Assembly: GCA_051971635.1 (NCBI GenBank)
Contig: JBFPLN010000003.1
Span: 96,001 to 160,000, forward strand
Reading direction: 5' to 3'
Origin: Candidatus Atelocyanobacterium thalassae
GTDB lineage: Bacteria; Cyanobacteriota; Cyanobacteriia; Cyanobacteriales; Microcystaceae
Length of the DNA: 64,000 nt
Shown: in pieces, positions 51,896 to 63,359 of the stretch
Layout of the letters: the number at the start of each line of letters is the position of its first letter
Numbering within the stretch: the first letter of the stretch is position 1
Position numbers and translations under genes: made by a program
Notes under the pieces: model-generated
The model's input: only the letters and a program-made list of their open reading frames with translations
Database searches by the model: none
What the model was told of the DNA's origin: nothing

Positions 51896-52607
51896 CACAG
51901 AAACCTCCCACAACGGTCCCAACAGTTTCACCTTCAATTGCCCGAACAATATTTCCTGGAATAGAAAGATTAAAAACAATTATTGGTATATTATTTTCTT
52001 TACAAAGTGATATAGCTGTGCTATCCATCACTCGTAAATCATGAGTTAATACATGATTGTAATTGAGGCTTACATAGCGGCGAGCATTAGGATTGAGTTG
52101 AGGGTCAGAATCATATACTCCGTCAACTTTAGTAGCTTTAAACACTACTTCTGCATCAATTTCTGCCGCTCTTAAAGCAGCAGTTGTATCAGTGGTAAAA
52201 AAAGGATTACCTGAACCGGCCCCAAAAACAATAACCCTTCCCTTCTCCAAATGCCGAATTGCACGGCGGCGGATATATGGTTCAGCCACTTCCTGCATAG
52301 CAATTGCTGTTAATACTCTTGTAGGAACACCCATTTGCTCAAGAGCATCTTGTAATGTCATTGCATTCATAACTGTAGCGATCATTCCTACATAGTCTGC
52401 AGTTGCTCGATCCATTCCGGCCGAAGCAGCTTTAACCCCACGAAAAATGTTACCTCCGCCTACAACAATCGCCAACTGAATGTTGTGGCTAATAACATCT
52501 TTAATTTCTTGAGCAATATCGGCGACGACTTTGGGGTCAATGCCATAGCCCAGATTTCCCATCAGGGCTTCACCGCTGAGTTTAAGTAATACGCGCTGGT
52601 AAGTCAT
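51885..52607 (-). CDS. pyrH: UMP kinase
   Basis: [35 protein letters not shown]. Confidence 0.98.
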   Translation of the reverse strand: MTYQRVLLKLSGEALMGNLGYGIDPKVVADIAQEIKDVISHNIQLAIVVGGGNIFRGVKAASAGMDRATADYVGMIATVMNAMTLQDALEQMGVPTRVLTAIAMQEVAEPYIRRRAIRHLEKGRVIVFGAGSGNPFFTTDTTAALRAAEIDAEVVFKATKVDGVYDSDPQLNPNARRYVSLNYNHVLTHDLRVMDSTAISLCKENNIPIIVFNLSIPGNIVRAIEGETVGTVVGGFCDVK

Positions 52608-53155
52608 CCCTATGCTACAACTTTTTTTATTGAGCCTATAATATCTGGATAATAAGCATCAGGTATCTTGTCACTTTTGTCAAACGAATTAGTATTATTT
52701 TTTATCGATCTAGATGTACTTAATCTTTATCACCACTGTAAATACTAAGTTCAAAAAGAGACAAGTCTGGCTTAATTAGAAAGATTTATAACATTACAAA
52801 TATAATATTAATTATTCAATTTGTCTTTCCAAAAATTATATATATCTGACATGTCTTCTATCAAGAACCGCTAGTACTAAAAATTAATACTAATACATTG
52901 ATATAGATTCAAAAGATAAATATATCTACAACAAAACTTACTTAATTAAGAAAATAATACGATCACTTTTATATCTACTCTTCGTAGATATTTGGATATG
53001 ATTTTTGTGTATATTTAACTGATGAAATTGATTTTCTTATCTATAGATTTATATATTAAAAAATAACGATAATTACAATACAAAAGTTTATGTTAACCAA
53101 AATATATCATATTAGTATAACTAGAAGTAACACATGGTATAGAAATATTGATAGT

Positions 53156-53368
53156 TTATTTTAATATCCACCAACCAAAAGTGGGGCCGACCAAATGAAC
53201 TGTAAACCATATAAGTATAGCAATCCCAATGCCTATCCAGGCTGCGTTTGTGGTCCATCTATACATTAAATCAACTTGATGCTTGGAAATTGGAACTTGA
53301 GGCAAGATCCTCTGTTCTCTTTTATTAAAATTATTTATTTTGTTTGTACGACGTTTTGATTCACCCAT
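53156..53368 (-). CDS. DUF2839-like small membrane protein
   Basis: MGESKRR N-terminus, AWIGIG, VGPTFGWW. Confidence 0.75.
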   Translation of the reverse strand: MGESKRRTNKINNFNKREQRILPQVPISKHQVDLMYRWTTNAAWIGIGIAILIWFTVHLVGPTFGWWILK

Positions 53369-53787
53369 CTTTCACTTGAAATTAAAATAATTTTTATACT
53401 AGATAGAATATATACTTTGTTAATAGGCTTGCATAAATATGAAAACCTTAAGGTATATTAATACTTTCAACTAGTAATATACTAACGAAGTATTGGTAAG
53501 TAGTATACTATCAATATGACAAACTTTAAGTCTGAGAAATATTATTTTTATAATAAGTCTAATATTTATATATTTTTAACTAATAAACATTATTTGTATC
53601 TCATAGTTTAAGGTACAAAATACAGAAATTAGTTAAAATTTCGCTATTAATGCGATAAAAATTCACAACTATTCTTTTTTCACTTATTCGATAAGCTATT
53701 TCTTAACATTTAATTTAAAACTTATTTAGTGCAGAAACTTGGTATTATAAGATTCAAATAATTATAATTAATTTTTAAATTAAAAAC

Positions 53788-54549
53788 ATGGGAGAGACTA
53801 TTACCCTCTTATCAAAGCGAGAAATTGACAAAATGCGCCGAGCTGGACGTTTAGCGGCTAGGCTATTAGATTATCTAGAACCTATGATCGAGCCTGGAAT
53901 AAGTACCCTGGAAATCAATAATGAAGCAGAAAGATGGACTCAATCTCATGGAGCAATAAGTGCACCTTTGGGGTACCATGGTTTTCCAAAATCAATTTGT
54001 ACTAGCGTTAATCACGTTATTTGTCATGGTATTCCTAACGCACAACAAATTTTGAAGGAAGGAGATATTATTAATGTCGATGTTACGCCAATTTTAGATG
54101 GTTATCATGGTGATACATCAAAAACATTCTTTGTAGGAAAACCTTCACAAATAGCTAAAAAATTGGTAGAAATAGCAGAAACATCTTTAATAAATGCTAT
54201 TCAAGCTGTAAAACCTGGTTCAAAGATTGGAGATATTGGAGCTGCGATCCAAGAGTGTGCAGAACCGTATGGTTTTTCAGTGGTAAGAGATTTTGTTGGC
54301 CATGGTATTAGTAATATTTTTCATACAGCCCCTCAAATTCCTCATTACGGAATAAAAGGCAAAGGGAAAAAACTGCGGTCTGGGATGGTATTTACTATTG
54401 AGCCAATGATCAACGAAGGAACATGGGAAGCAGTTATATTAAAAGATGGTTGGACAGCAGTTACTAGAGATGGAAAACTATCAGCTCAGTTTGAGCATAC
54501 CATCGCTGTGACAGAGACAGGAGTAGAAATCTTAACCATTCCAGACTAA
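53788..54549 (+). CDS. map: Type I methionine aminopeptidase
   Basis: CTSVNHVICHGIP, DGYHGD, GHGI, FTIEPMIN, SAQFEHT. Confidence 0.97.
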   Translation: MGETITLLSKREIDKMRRAGRLAARLLDYLEPMIEPGISTLEINNEAERWTQSHGAISAPLGYHGFPKSICTSVNHVICHGIPNAQQILKEGDIINVDVTPILDGYHGDTSKTFFVGKPSQIAKKLVEIAETSLINAIQAVKPGSKIGDIGAAIQECAEPYGFSVVRDFVGHGISNIFHTAPQIPHYGIKGKGKKLRSGMVFTIEPMINEGTWEAVILKDGWTAVTRDGKLSAQFEHTIAVTETGVEILTIPD

Positions 54550-54684
54550 ATCATTAATATTAATTTTCATATAAGATATGATTCAAATTAGATAAAAAAC
54601 ACATAAAACATTAAATATAAATGTTATTTTTTAATAAAAATTAATTTATTAGCCAAAGAATAGACTACATATATTATTTTTTAT

Positions 54685-55926
54685 ATGGTAAAAGTTTTTC
54701 ATTTTTCTGATATTCATCTTGGTAGTGGATTTTCCCATGGAAAAATAAATCCAAAAACTGGTTTTAATACCCGTTTAGAAGACTTTGTAAAATGTTTAAG
54801 CTTATGTATTGATAGTGCAATTGAAGAAAAGGTTGATATTGTTCTTTTTGGAGGTGATGCTTTTCCAAATTCAACACCACCTCCATATATTCAAGAAGCT
54901 TTTGCTACTCAATTCCGACGCTTATCTAATCTTCGCATACCTACTATTCTATTAGTAGGTAATCACGATCAACACTCTCAGATAAATGGAGGGGCAAGCT
55001 TATCTATTTATAGAACGTTAGAAGTACCCAGTTTTATAGTAGCAGACACTCTAAAGACTCATAGGATATTAACAAAAAATGATTATATACAAGTCATTAC
55101 CTTACCTTGGTTAACTAGATCTTCTCTTCTAACAAAATCTGAGACCGAAGGCTTATCTTTAGAACAAATTGATAATCTTTTAATTGAAACATTAAAATTA
55201 GCTTTAGAATCAGAGATCAAGCAGTTAGATTCCAATTATCCAACAATTCTTCTAGCACATTTAATGGTTGATCGTGCAAAATTCGGAACTGAAAATTTTT
55301 TAGCGGTAGGACGTGGATTTACTATTCCTATTTCTTTATTGATACGTTCCGAATTTGACTATGTAGCATTAGGTCACGTGCATAAACATCAAAATCTCAA
55401 TCCCCAAAACAACCCCCCTATTGTTTATCCAGGAAGTATTGAGAGAGTAGATTTCAGTGAAGAAAAAGAAAAGAAGGGGTATATTTTATTAACGGTTGAG
55501 AACAAGCAAACAAATTGGAAGTTTTTTCCACTACCTGCCCGTCTTTTCGTTACTATAGAAGTCGATGTTTCTCAAAGTATAGATCCTCAGGAAACTCTAA
55601 TTGATGCTATAAGAAAAAAACAAATTAAAGAATCTGTTGTTAGGTTAAATTATCAAATTTGTTCTGAACAATTAGAATTAATTGATATTTCCTATATTTG
55701 TGAAGTATTAAAAGCCTCTCATAGTTATACAATTTGTCCTAAAATACTCAATGAGACATCTAAAATACGTTTGCCAGAATTAGGGCTTGAAAAAAGTTTG
55801 GATCCTATCGAAGCTTTAAGAGCTTATCTTAATAATAAAAACGATATTAAAGATATAACTGATGATATGTTAAAAGCAGCTCATCAGCTCTTAAAAGAAG
55901 AAAATGAAACAATAGAAGCAGACTAG
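54685..55926 (+). CDS. sbcD: SbcD/Mre11 nuclease subunit
   Basis: HFSDIHLG, GGDAF, VGNHD, LAHL, YVALGHVH, YPGSIERVDF. Confidence 0.9.
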   Translation: MVKVFHFSDIHLGSGFSHGKINPKTGFNTRLEDFVKCLSLCIDSAIEEKVDIVLFGGDAFPNSTPPPYIQEAFATQFRRLSNLRIPTILLVGNHDQHSQINGGASLSIYRTLEVPSFIVADTLKTHRILTKNDYIQVITLPWLTRSSLLTKSETEGLSLEQIDNLLIETLKLALESEIKQLDSNYPTILLAHLMVDRAKFGTENFLAVGRGFTIPISLLIRSEFDYVALGHVHKHQNLNPQNNPPIVYPGSIERVDFSEEKEKKGYILLTVENKQTNWKFFPLPARLFVTIEVDVSQSIDPQETLIDAIRKKQIKESVVRLNYQICSEQLELIDISYICEVLKASHSYTICPKILNETSKIRLPELGLEKSLDPIEALRAYLNNKNDIKDITDDMLKAAHQLLKEENETIEAD

Positions 55927-55971
55927 TCTACATATAAGGTTTTTAATAAGATTAATATTATTAATTCTTAA

Positions 55972-57222
55972 CTACATAGTTAATGATTGGGTATCATTTT
56001 CTACTAATTTTGCAAGATCCTGTAAAAAAGCAGCCGCATGAGAACCATAAATTATACGATGGTCACAAGTTATATTGACTGTCATTTTATTCTGAATTCC
56101 AAATAATTTGTCTGAAACTGCTACTACATGGGGCTTGGATGCTCCAATTGCTAAAATAGAGCCTTGCTCTGGAGGTAAAATAGCATCAAACGTATCTACT
56201 CCAAACATACCTAAATTTGATAAAGTAAATGTACCATTACTGTATTCGTTTGGTTTTAATTCTTTTGTACGAGCTCTATACAACAAGTCTTTCCAAGTAC
56301 GAGAAAGGGAATAAATATCTAATTCGTCCACATTGTTTAGAACTGGAGTTATTAAACCTCCATCAGGCATAGCTACAGCTATCGCAATATTAACAGATTC
56401 ACAATATTGAATTCCTGTACCGTTATATTTAGCATTTATTAATGAGTGATTTCGTAATGTTAAGGCGATAGCTTTTGCTAACATAACAGTCATCGTAACG
56501 CCTTTAGATTTAATAGTCTTATATAATTTATCTAATTTTTCCGTATTAATATCATAACTTACTCTAAAAACTGGAACTTGTAGAGTAGCTGATATATTTT
56601 TTGCTATTGTCTTTTGTATAGTGTTAAATGGAACAACTGCTTGAGATATATGAGCTTGAGGTTTAGTAACTGAATTACTTTCTTCTTTATTTTGAATATC
56701 TTTTGTTACGATTCTTCCATAAGGTCCACTACCTTTAATTTTGTGTAAATCTATACCTAGTTCTTTAGCTATTTTTTTGGCTCTTGGAGATGCTATGATG
56801 CGATTTTCAACTTTATTTGTATTGGTAGTAGATATATTTACAGTATTAAATTCATTTTGAGAATTTTTAGCAAGCGTTTCTTCTATTTTTTCTTCTCTAT
56901 TCTCTAGAGAAGAAGTAAGTTTTATAGATTTTTGAAAACCAGGGTTAGATAGATTTTTTTTCTGAGTGCTGCTTATCTCTTCTACGGTTTCTGCTATTAA
57001 GGCAATTACTTCTCCTACAGGAGCTTCCTCTCCAGCTTTTACTAAAATAGTCGCAAGATAACCATCATAGAAAGATTCTACATCCATATCTGCTTTATCT
57101 GATTCTACAATTAGAACAGTTTCTCCCTTCTTGACTTTATCTCCAGGAGATTTTTCCCAGGAAATAATCTTCCCTTCAGTCATAGTAGAACTTAAAGCTG
57201 GCATAAAAATGTCATAAATCAT
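55972..57222 (-). CDS. pdhC: Pyruvate dehydrogenase E2 (dihydrolipoamide acetyltransferase)
   Basis: Lipoyl domain MPALSSTMTEGK...ESDKA, E3-binding ASPRAKK...GSGPYGRI, catalytic DHRIIYG. Confidence 0.96.
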   Translation of the reverse strand: MIYDIFMPALSSTMTEGKIISWEKSPGDKVKKGETVLIVESDKADMDVESFYDGYLATILVKAGEEAPVGEVIALIAETVEEISSTQKKNLSNPGFQKSIKLTSSLENREEKIEETLAKNSQNEFNTVNISTTNTNKVENRIIASPRAKKIAKELGIDLHKIKGSGPYGRIVTKDIQNKEESNSVTKPQAHISQAVVPFNTIQKTIAKNISATLQVPVFRVSYDINTEKLDKLYKTIKSKGVTMTVMLAKAIALTLRNHSLINAKYNGTGIQYCESVNIAIAVAMPDGGLITPVLNNVDELDIYSLSRTWKDLLYRARTKELKPNEYSNGTFTLSNLGMFGVDTFDAILPPEQGSILAIGASKPHVVAVSDKLFGIQNKMTVNITCDHRIIYGSHAAAFLQDLAKLVENDTQSLTM

Positions 57223-57546
57223 AAAGTATTATTTTTATCTTATGGTGCTAAAGTATTAGTAAATAAATAATCAAAATAAGAACATTAAATGGATCTTGAA
57301 GTTTGATAACACATTTTATTGTAACGAAAAAAAACAATTTGAGTATTAGTAAATCAACAACAAAAAAGTTAATTTTTTTTCACATTCCTAAAAAGGATAC
57401 AATAAGGCTACAGCAATTTTTATTTTTTTGCTATCTAAAATCATCTTTAGCTTAAAAATAATTTTAAATTAGTGAATATTTCATGTAAGACATTCAGTTA
57501 TTAAATTAATAATTACAAAAATAAAATAGTCTCTTAAAGAGATAAA

Positions 57547-58782
57547 TCATACCCTTGTTAACGTGTTATTTTTTCTCGTGAAAATTCTAAAATAAAGACT
57601 TTGTAACATTTCTTTCAGAGGAAATAGTAAATAAGTAATGGGATTTACTGTAACAATAATATCTCGGTAATCTTTTTTAACATTTTTAATGATTTGTTTG
57701 GCCACCCATTTTGCTGACATGATACCAACAGGGTTAAGCTTACTTTTAAAAGGACCTAGTATTAATTTTCTAACAATACAAGGAGCATCTAAACGATAAA
57801 GTGTAACTAGATCTCCTAGATTTCTTTTACTTAATTCATATAACGGACTAAACGCAGGAATCACTTCTGATTCTGACGTATTAACCCAAATTTCTTTACA
57901 GGCTCTATCACGATTAGTTTTAATAGTTTGAAAAAATAAGTCCATCAATCGACAACTAGAAAATGTATTAATTTCATAAGATTGTTTGATTGATTCTATA
58001 GTTCTCTTTTTGTTGACATTTACTCCGTGGTTAATTATCAATATATCAATCTTAGACAATTCATCTATTAGTTTATATTCTTTCCCAGTTTCCCAAACTA
58101 ATGTTTTAACAGGTAAGTTATGACCATTAATATCTAAGACTATAGGTTTATTTTGAGAACTAAAAGCAACAATTTTAGCCTGGTTAGAATGTAATATTTT
58201 AAGTATCTCAACACCAAGAGTTCCTGATGCACCTGTAATTCCAATTGTCTTACCTTTTAAAGACAAAGCTGTTCCCATAATTTTATCAATTAAGGTTAAT
58301 GTGCCACTGTAGTAAGCCTTCTGATTGTCAAAGTGATGTCTCCAATGATAAGAACGATTTACAGTCCATTGAGCAGGCAAGGAAGAAAAATCTCCTGGAT
58401 GATGAGTAAAATCAGTGAATTTATCCATTTTAGGAATTCCTAATCCACGAGTAATCGCTCCCAATAAAAAGAATAAAGAATATAAGATACCTGATTCCGC
58501 AAGCCACCAATGAGAAATATTAAGCAACCATAATATTGTTACAAGGATAGCTCCAAAAATTATCATAAACAAAGATTCTGGAACATCATTATACCAATGA
58601 GCTTTACGATAGATCTCTGCATTGACAGGATTAAAGTCTGAATTAAATACTCGATGATGCCAATTATGAAAGCGATATAATGTTTGCCAATTATGAGCTA
58701 AAACATGGTACAAATCTCGAACAATTTCTACCCAAACAATTGGGCCTAAACAAAGTGTAATAATAAATATGATATCAATCAT
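57547..58782 (-). CDS. Bifunctional sterol-desaturase-like / short-chain dehydrogenase
   Basis: His boxes HVLAH, HNWHH, HWRHH; Rossmann motif TGASGTLG; YELSK. Probable start ATG 58782. Confidence 0.82.
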   Translation of the reverse strand: MIDIIFIITLCLGPIVWVEIVRDLYHVLAHNWQTLYRFHNWHHRVFNSDFNPVNAEIYRKAHWYNDVPESLFMIIFGAILVTILWLLNISHWWLAESGILYSLFFLLGAITRGLGIPKMDKFTDFTHHPGDFSSLPAQWTVNRSYHWRHHFDNQKAYYSGTLTLIDKIMGTALSLKGKTIGITGASGTLGVEILKILHSNQAKIVAFSSQNKPIVLDINGHNLPVKTLVWETGKEYKLIDELSKIDILIINHGVNVNKKRTIESIKQSYEINTFSSCRLMDLFFQTIKTNRDRACKEIWVNTSESEVIPAFSPLYELSKRNLGDLVTLYRLDAPCIVRKLILGPFKSKLNPVGIMSAKWVAKQIIKNVKKDYRDIIVTVNPITYLLFPLKEMLQSLYFRIFTRKNNTLTRV

Positions 58783-59241
58783 TACGTAGTCATATAAGTA
58801 TTTATTTTGTATTATAAGTAGATAGTACAAAGTATTGTCAAAGTTATTAAAAAAGAAGAGTTATTTCTTTATATCTGTTACAAAAATACTTTTCGTGAGT
58901 TATTAAACAATTTCATAAACTGCCTTAGATAATTATTTTAGTGTAGTCTATACTAGCAATTTTGGTTTTGAGAAATATTAAATTAATAATAGTAGTTTAA
59001 TATTTTCACTAGTTTATTATTTTTACTTCTATTTGCATGATATTTAATCAACATAGTTAAAAACATAAATAATCACTTTTATTTTTCTAAAGCACCTAAC
59101 TCTTATTTTTTCTATATATTTCGTAAACTAGTGTACAAGTTAGTTACTATTCCTAAGAGTTTACTAAATGATTTATCTTAATTTTTAGCTGTTTACTTTA
59201 TACTTTATATTTAGTGCTATTTTTCTAGATTAATTTTTAAT

Positions 59242-60750
59242 ATGAGTAGGAATTTAAGAGAATTTATAAAAGAAGTTGAACAAAGAGGGCAACTAAGACG
59301 TATCAAGAGTTTAGTAGATCCTGATTTAGAAATTGCAGAAATTTCTAATCGGCTTTTACAGGTAGGAGGGCCAGCCTTACTTTTTGAAAATGTCAAAGGA
59401 TCGGATTTTCCCCTAGTTGTTAACTTATTAGGAACTGTAGAACGTGTATCTTGGTCACTAAAGGTGGAGAAACCTGAGGAATTAGAAATTTTGGGGAAAA
59501 AGTTGGCGATGCTACAGCAACCTAAACCACCGAAAAATATTTCTCAAGCAATCGATTTCGGAAAAGTACTTTTTGATGTTATCAAAGCAAAATCTAGCAA
59601 TAGCTTTTTCCCTCCTTGTCAGCAATTTGTTCTTAAAGACGAAGAAGTTGATCTTTCAATTCTTCCTCTAATACGTCCTTATCCAAAAGATGCAGGAAAA
59701 ATAATTACTTTAGGATTAGTCATAACGAAAGATTGTGAAACTGGTACTACTAATGTTGGTGTTTATCGCTTGCAGTTACAATCAAAAAATACAATGACAG
59801 TACATTGGCTGTCAGTAAGGGGAGGAGCTAGACATCTTAGAAAAGCAAAAGAAGCAGGCAAAAAATTAGAAATTGCTATAGCCTTAGGAGTTGATCCTTT
59901 AATTATTATGGCAGCTGCAACTCCAATTCCAGTAGATCTTTCAGAATGGCTGTTTGCTGGATTATATGGAGGTTCAGGAGTTTCTTTAACAAAGTGTAAA
60001 ACTTTAAACTTAGAAGTCCCAGCTGAAGCTGAATTTGTTTTAGAGGGTACAATCAACCCAGGTGAAGTAATGGCTGATGGACCTTTTGGAGATCATATGG
60101 GCTATTATGGAGCGCAAGAAGATTCTCCTTTGATACATTTTCACTGCATAACACATCGTAAACAGCCAATTTATCTAACAACTTTTAGTGGTCGTCCTCC
60201 TAAAGAAGAGGCAATGATAGCTATAGCTTTAAATAGAATTTATACGCCTATTCTGAGACAACAAATCACAGAAATTAAAGATTTCTTTCTTCCAATGGAA
60301 GCTTTGAGTTATAAAGTTGCTATTATTTCTATTAAAAAAGCTTACCCTGGTCATGCTCGCCGTGCTGCTTTAGCTTTTTGGAGTGTTTTACCACAGTTCA
60401 CTTATACTAAATTTGTAGTTGTGGTTGATGACAATATTAATATTCGCGATCCACGACAAGTAATGTGGGCTATCAGCTCTAAAACTGATCCATCAAGAGA
60501 TGTTTTTATATTAGCAGATACTCCTTTCGATACTTTAGACTTTGCTAGTGAAAAAATTGGTTTAGGTGGAAGAATGGGAATAGATGCTACTACGAAAATT
60601 TATCCTGAAACTAATCATGAATGGGGAGAACCTCTAGAATCTGATAGTAATATTATTGATATTGTTGATCAGCGTTGGTCAGAATATGGATTAGCTGATA
60701 TTGCTCTAAAAGAAGTAAACTCTAATTTATTTGGTTACGATATTTCGTAA
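59242..60750 (+). CDS. ubiD: UbiD family prFMN-dependent decarboxylase (plastoquinone pathway)
   Basis: GPALLFENV, NVGVYRLQ, DGPFGDHMGYY, GRPPKEEA, GRMGIDAT. Confidence 0.93.
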   Translation: MSRNLREFIKEVEQRGQLRRIKSLVDPDLEIAEISNRLLQVGGPALLFENVKGSDFPLVVNLLGTVERVSWSLKVEKPEELEILGKKLAMLQQPKPPKNISQAIDFGKVLFDVIKAKSSNSFFPPCQQFVLKDEEVDLSILPLIRPYPKDAGKIITLGLVITKDCETGTTNVGVYRLQLQSKNTMTVHWLSVRGGARHLRKAKEAGKKLEIAIALGVDPLIIMAAATPIPVDLSEWLFAGLYGGSGVSLTKCKTLNLEVPAEAEFVLEGTINPGEVMADGPFGDHMGYYGAQEDSPLIHFHCITHRKQPIYLTTFSGRPPKEEAMIAIALNRIYTPILRQQITEIKDFFLPMEALSYKVAIISIKKAYPGHARRAALAFWSVLPQFTYTKFVVVVDDNINIRDPRQVMWAISSKTDPSRDVFILADTPFDTLDFASEKIGLGGRMGIDATTKIYPETNHEWGEPLESDSNIIDIVDQRWSEYGLADIALKEVNSNLFGYDIS

Positions 60751-60921
60751 TATTAAATTTTAATTAAAGTAATAGAAGAAAAACTAAGACTATTGGGAAG
60801 TATTTAAAAATTAATTCTTTTAGATTTCATGTTTTTATAGCAATATACGATTTTTCATGAATACACTAAAAGCTAACATATAGATATTGACTATACTTTT
60901 AAGCAGCTTTAGATTGCTATA

Positions 60922-60930
60922 TGTTAAAAT
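60922..60930 (+). promoter_or_regulatory. Extended -10 element upstream of gyrB
   Basis: TG-T-TAAAAT about 70 nt upstream of the ATG. Confidence 0.35.
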
Positions 60931-61001
60931 TTCTGAATATTTCACTGTTATTGAGGAGCTGCAAAATACTTCAATATCTAACTCATTATTAAGGAAATTT
61001 C

Positions 61002-62930
61002 ATGACAATAGAAAGTAATTATGGTGCAGAACAAATTCAAGTTCTTAAGGGACTAGAACCAGTAAGAAAACGCCCAGGCATGTACATCGGGACTACTGGG
61101 CCAAAAGGACTTCACCACCTTGTTTATGAAGTTGTAGATAATTCGATTGATGAGGCTTTAGCTGGTTATTGTACTCATATTGAAGTTGATATAAATTTTG
61201 ATGGTTCTGTTACTGTTACAGACAATGGACGGGGAATACCAACTGACATTCATCCTAGTACAGGTAAATCCGCCTTGGAAACAGTAATGACAGTTCTTCA
61301 TGCAGGAGGTAAGTTTGGAGGTGGTGGATATAAAGTTTCAGGGGGGCTTCATGGAGTTGGAATTTCTGTTGTCAATGCTTTGTCAGAATGGCTCATTATT
61401 AAAGTTTGGCGAGATAACAATATATATACACAGCGTTATGAATGCGGAGCCGCTATTAATGAACTGGAGAAGAAACCTGATCATGAACATTCGAATGGTA
61501 CATCAGTTTCTTTTCTTCCCGACAAGCAAATTTTTACATCCGATACAAATTTTGATTATGTTACTTTATCAGGAAGATTAAGAGAGTTAGCATATCTTAA
61601 CTCCCAAGTAAAAATTACATTTACTGATCATCGGAAACAGGAACCTTATACTGAAAATTATTTTTATGAAGGAGGAATTAAAGAATATGTTGCTTACATG
61701 TGTCGAAATAAAGAACCTTTACATAAAGACATTATTTACGCTTGTGGAGAGAAAAAAGGTGTTCAAGTTGAAGCTGCTTTACTTTGGTGCGTAGATGCAT
61801 ATAGTGATAGCTTATTAGGTTTTGCCAATAATATTAGAACTGTTGATGGTGGTACACACCTAGAAGGACTTAAAACAGTTCTAACTAGAACAATGAATAA
61901 TATTGCTAGGAAAAGAAATAAGATAAAAGAAAATGAATCCAACTTGAGCGGCGAAAATGTTCGAGAAGGCTTAACGGGTATCGTCTCTGTTAAAGTCCCG
62001 GAACCAGAATTTGAAGGACAAACTAAAACGAAGCTTGGTAATACAGAAGTTAGAGGTATTGTAGATTTATTAGTAGGAGAAATTTTAGGAGAATATTTAG
62101 AATTTCATCCTCATGTAGCTGACAATATTATAGAGAAAGCTGTTCAAGCTTTAAAAGCGGCAGAAGCGGCGAGAAGAGCTAGAGATTTAGTACGTCGTAA
62201 GTCTGTGTTAGAATCTTCTCCTTTGCCTGGAAAATTAGCAGACTGTAGCACGAGGGATCCCTCAGAAGCGGAGATTTTCTTAGTAGAAGGAGATTCAGCA
62301 GGGGGCTCTGCTAAACAAGGAAGAGATAGACGTTTTCAAGCAATCCTACCGCTTAGAGGAAAAATCATCAATATTGAAAAGACTGATGATGCCAAAATAT
62401 ATAAAAATAACGAAATTCAGTCTCTAATAACCGCTTTAGGTTTAGGCATTAAAGGAGAGACGTTTGACGCATCACAATTGCGTTACCATAGAATTGTAAT
62501 TATGACAGACGCAGATGTTGATGGAGCACATATCCGTACTTTATTGTTGACATTTTTTTATCGTTATCAAAGATTATTAATAGAAAAAGGTTATGTGTAT
62601 ATTGCTTGTCCTCCCTTATATAAGATAGAAAGGGGACGTAATCATTCCTACTGTTATAACGAGCAACAGTTACAAGAGCATCTAAGTAATTTTCCTGCGA
62701 ATGCTAAATATACCATTCAACGATTCAAAGGATTAGGAGAAATGATGCCTGTCCAGCTGTGGAATACAACTATGAACCCTGAGACACGTAGTATGAAAAG
62801 AGTAGAGATCGAAGATGTTGTAGAAGCAGATCGTATTTTTACAATTTTAATGGGTGATAGGGTTGCCCCTAGACGACAATTTATTGAAGATTATGGTTCC
62901 AAATTAAATGTAACAGATCTTGACATATAG
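61002..62930 (+). CDS. gyrB: DNA gyrase subunit B
   Basis: [61 protein letters not shown]. Confidence 0.98.
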   Translation: MTIESNYGAEQIQVLKGLEPVRKRPGMYIGTTGPKGLHHLVYEVVDNSIDEALAGYCTHIEVDINFDGSVTVTDNGRGIPTDIHPSTGKSALETVMTVLHAGGKFGGGGYKVSGGLHGVGISVVNALSEWLIIKVWRDNNIYTQRYECGAAINELEKKPDHEHSNGTSVSFLPDKQIFTSDTNFDYVTLSGRLRELAYLNSQVKITFTDHRKQEPYTENYFYEGGIKEYVAYMCRNKEPLHKDIIYACGEKKGVQVEAALLWCVDAYSDSLLGFANNIRTVDGGTHLEGLKTVLTRTMNNIARKRNKIKENESNLSGENVREGLTGIVSVKVPEPEFEGQTKTKLGNTEVRGIVDLLVGEILGEYLEFHPHVADNIIEKAVQALKAAEAARRARDLVRRKSVLESSPLPGKLADCSTRDPSEAEIFLVEGDSAGGSAKQGRDRRFQAILPLRGKIINIEKTDDAKIYKNNEIQSLITALGLGIKGETFDASQLRYHRIVIMTDADVDGAHIRTLLLTFFYRYQRLLIEKGYVYIACPPLYKIERGRNHSYCYNEQQLQEHLSNFPANAKYTIQRFKGLGEMMPVQLWNTTMNPETRSMKRVEIEDVVEADRIFTILMGDRVAPRRQFIEDYGSKLNVTDLDI

Positions 62931-63359
62931 ACACTACATTAAAATTGACTAGTTATTAGAATAATATTTTTCCTATCTAACAATAAGTCAAATAATAAGC
63001 TATGAACTCTATATGATTATTAATCATAAACGTACATGATATTTATTTAATGTATTCATAGTTAATGCTATTTAAATATAATATCTAATCAAAAAGTATT
63101 TAGTTAGAGATAGATATGCTGCTAACTAAATAATTAAGTTTTTTGATTAATAATTCTTGTTTTTTCAAAAATTGTATATTTTAAATAATTTACTAATATT
63201 TTCTATTGTTAGTTGTTTTTATATATGCTCATCCATTTCCTCAATAGATAAGCTAATTTTGACTAGAGATATTATCAATACATGTCCCATCACTTCTAAG
63301 CATACATGTACTTTAATTGTTTCGTAAGCTACTTTCGAGACAGACTAGTATATGATTTA

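Noticed and set aside
62931..63359. Small gene or pseudogene between gyrB and cobA (also the gaps 52608-53155 and 53369-53787)
   Set aside because: Only very short frames without recognisable similarity; cannot be supported without tblastn.
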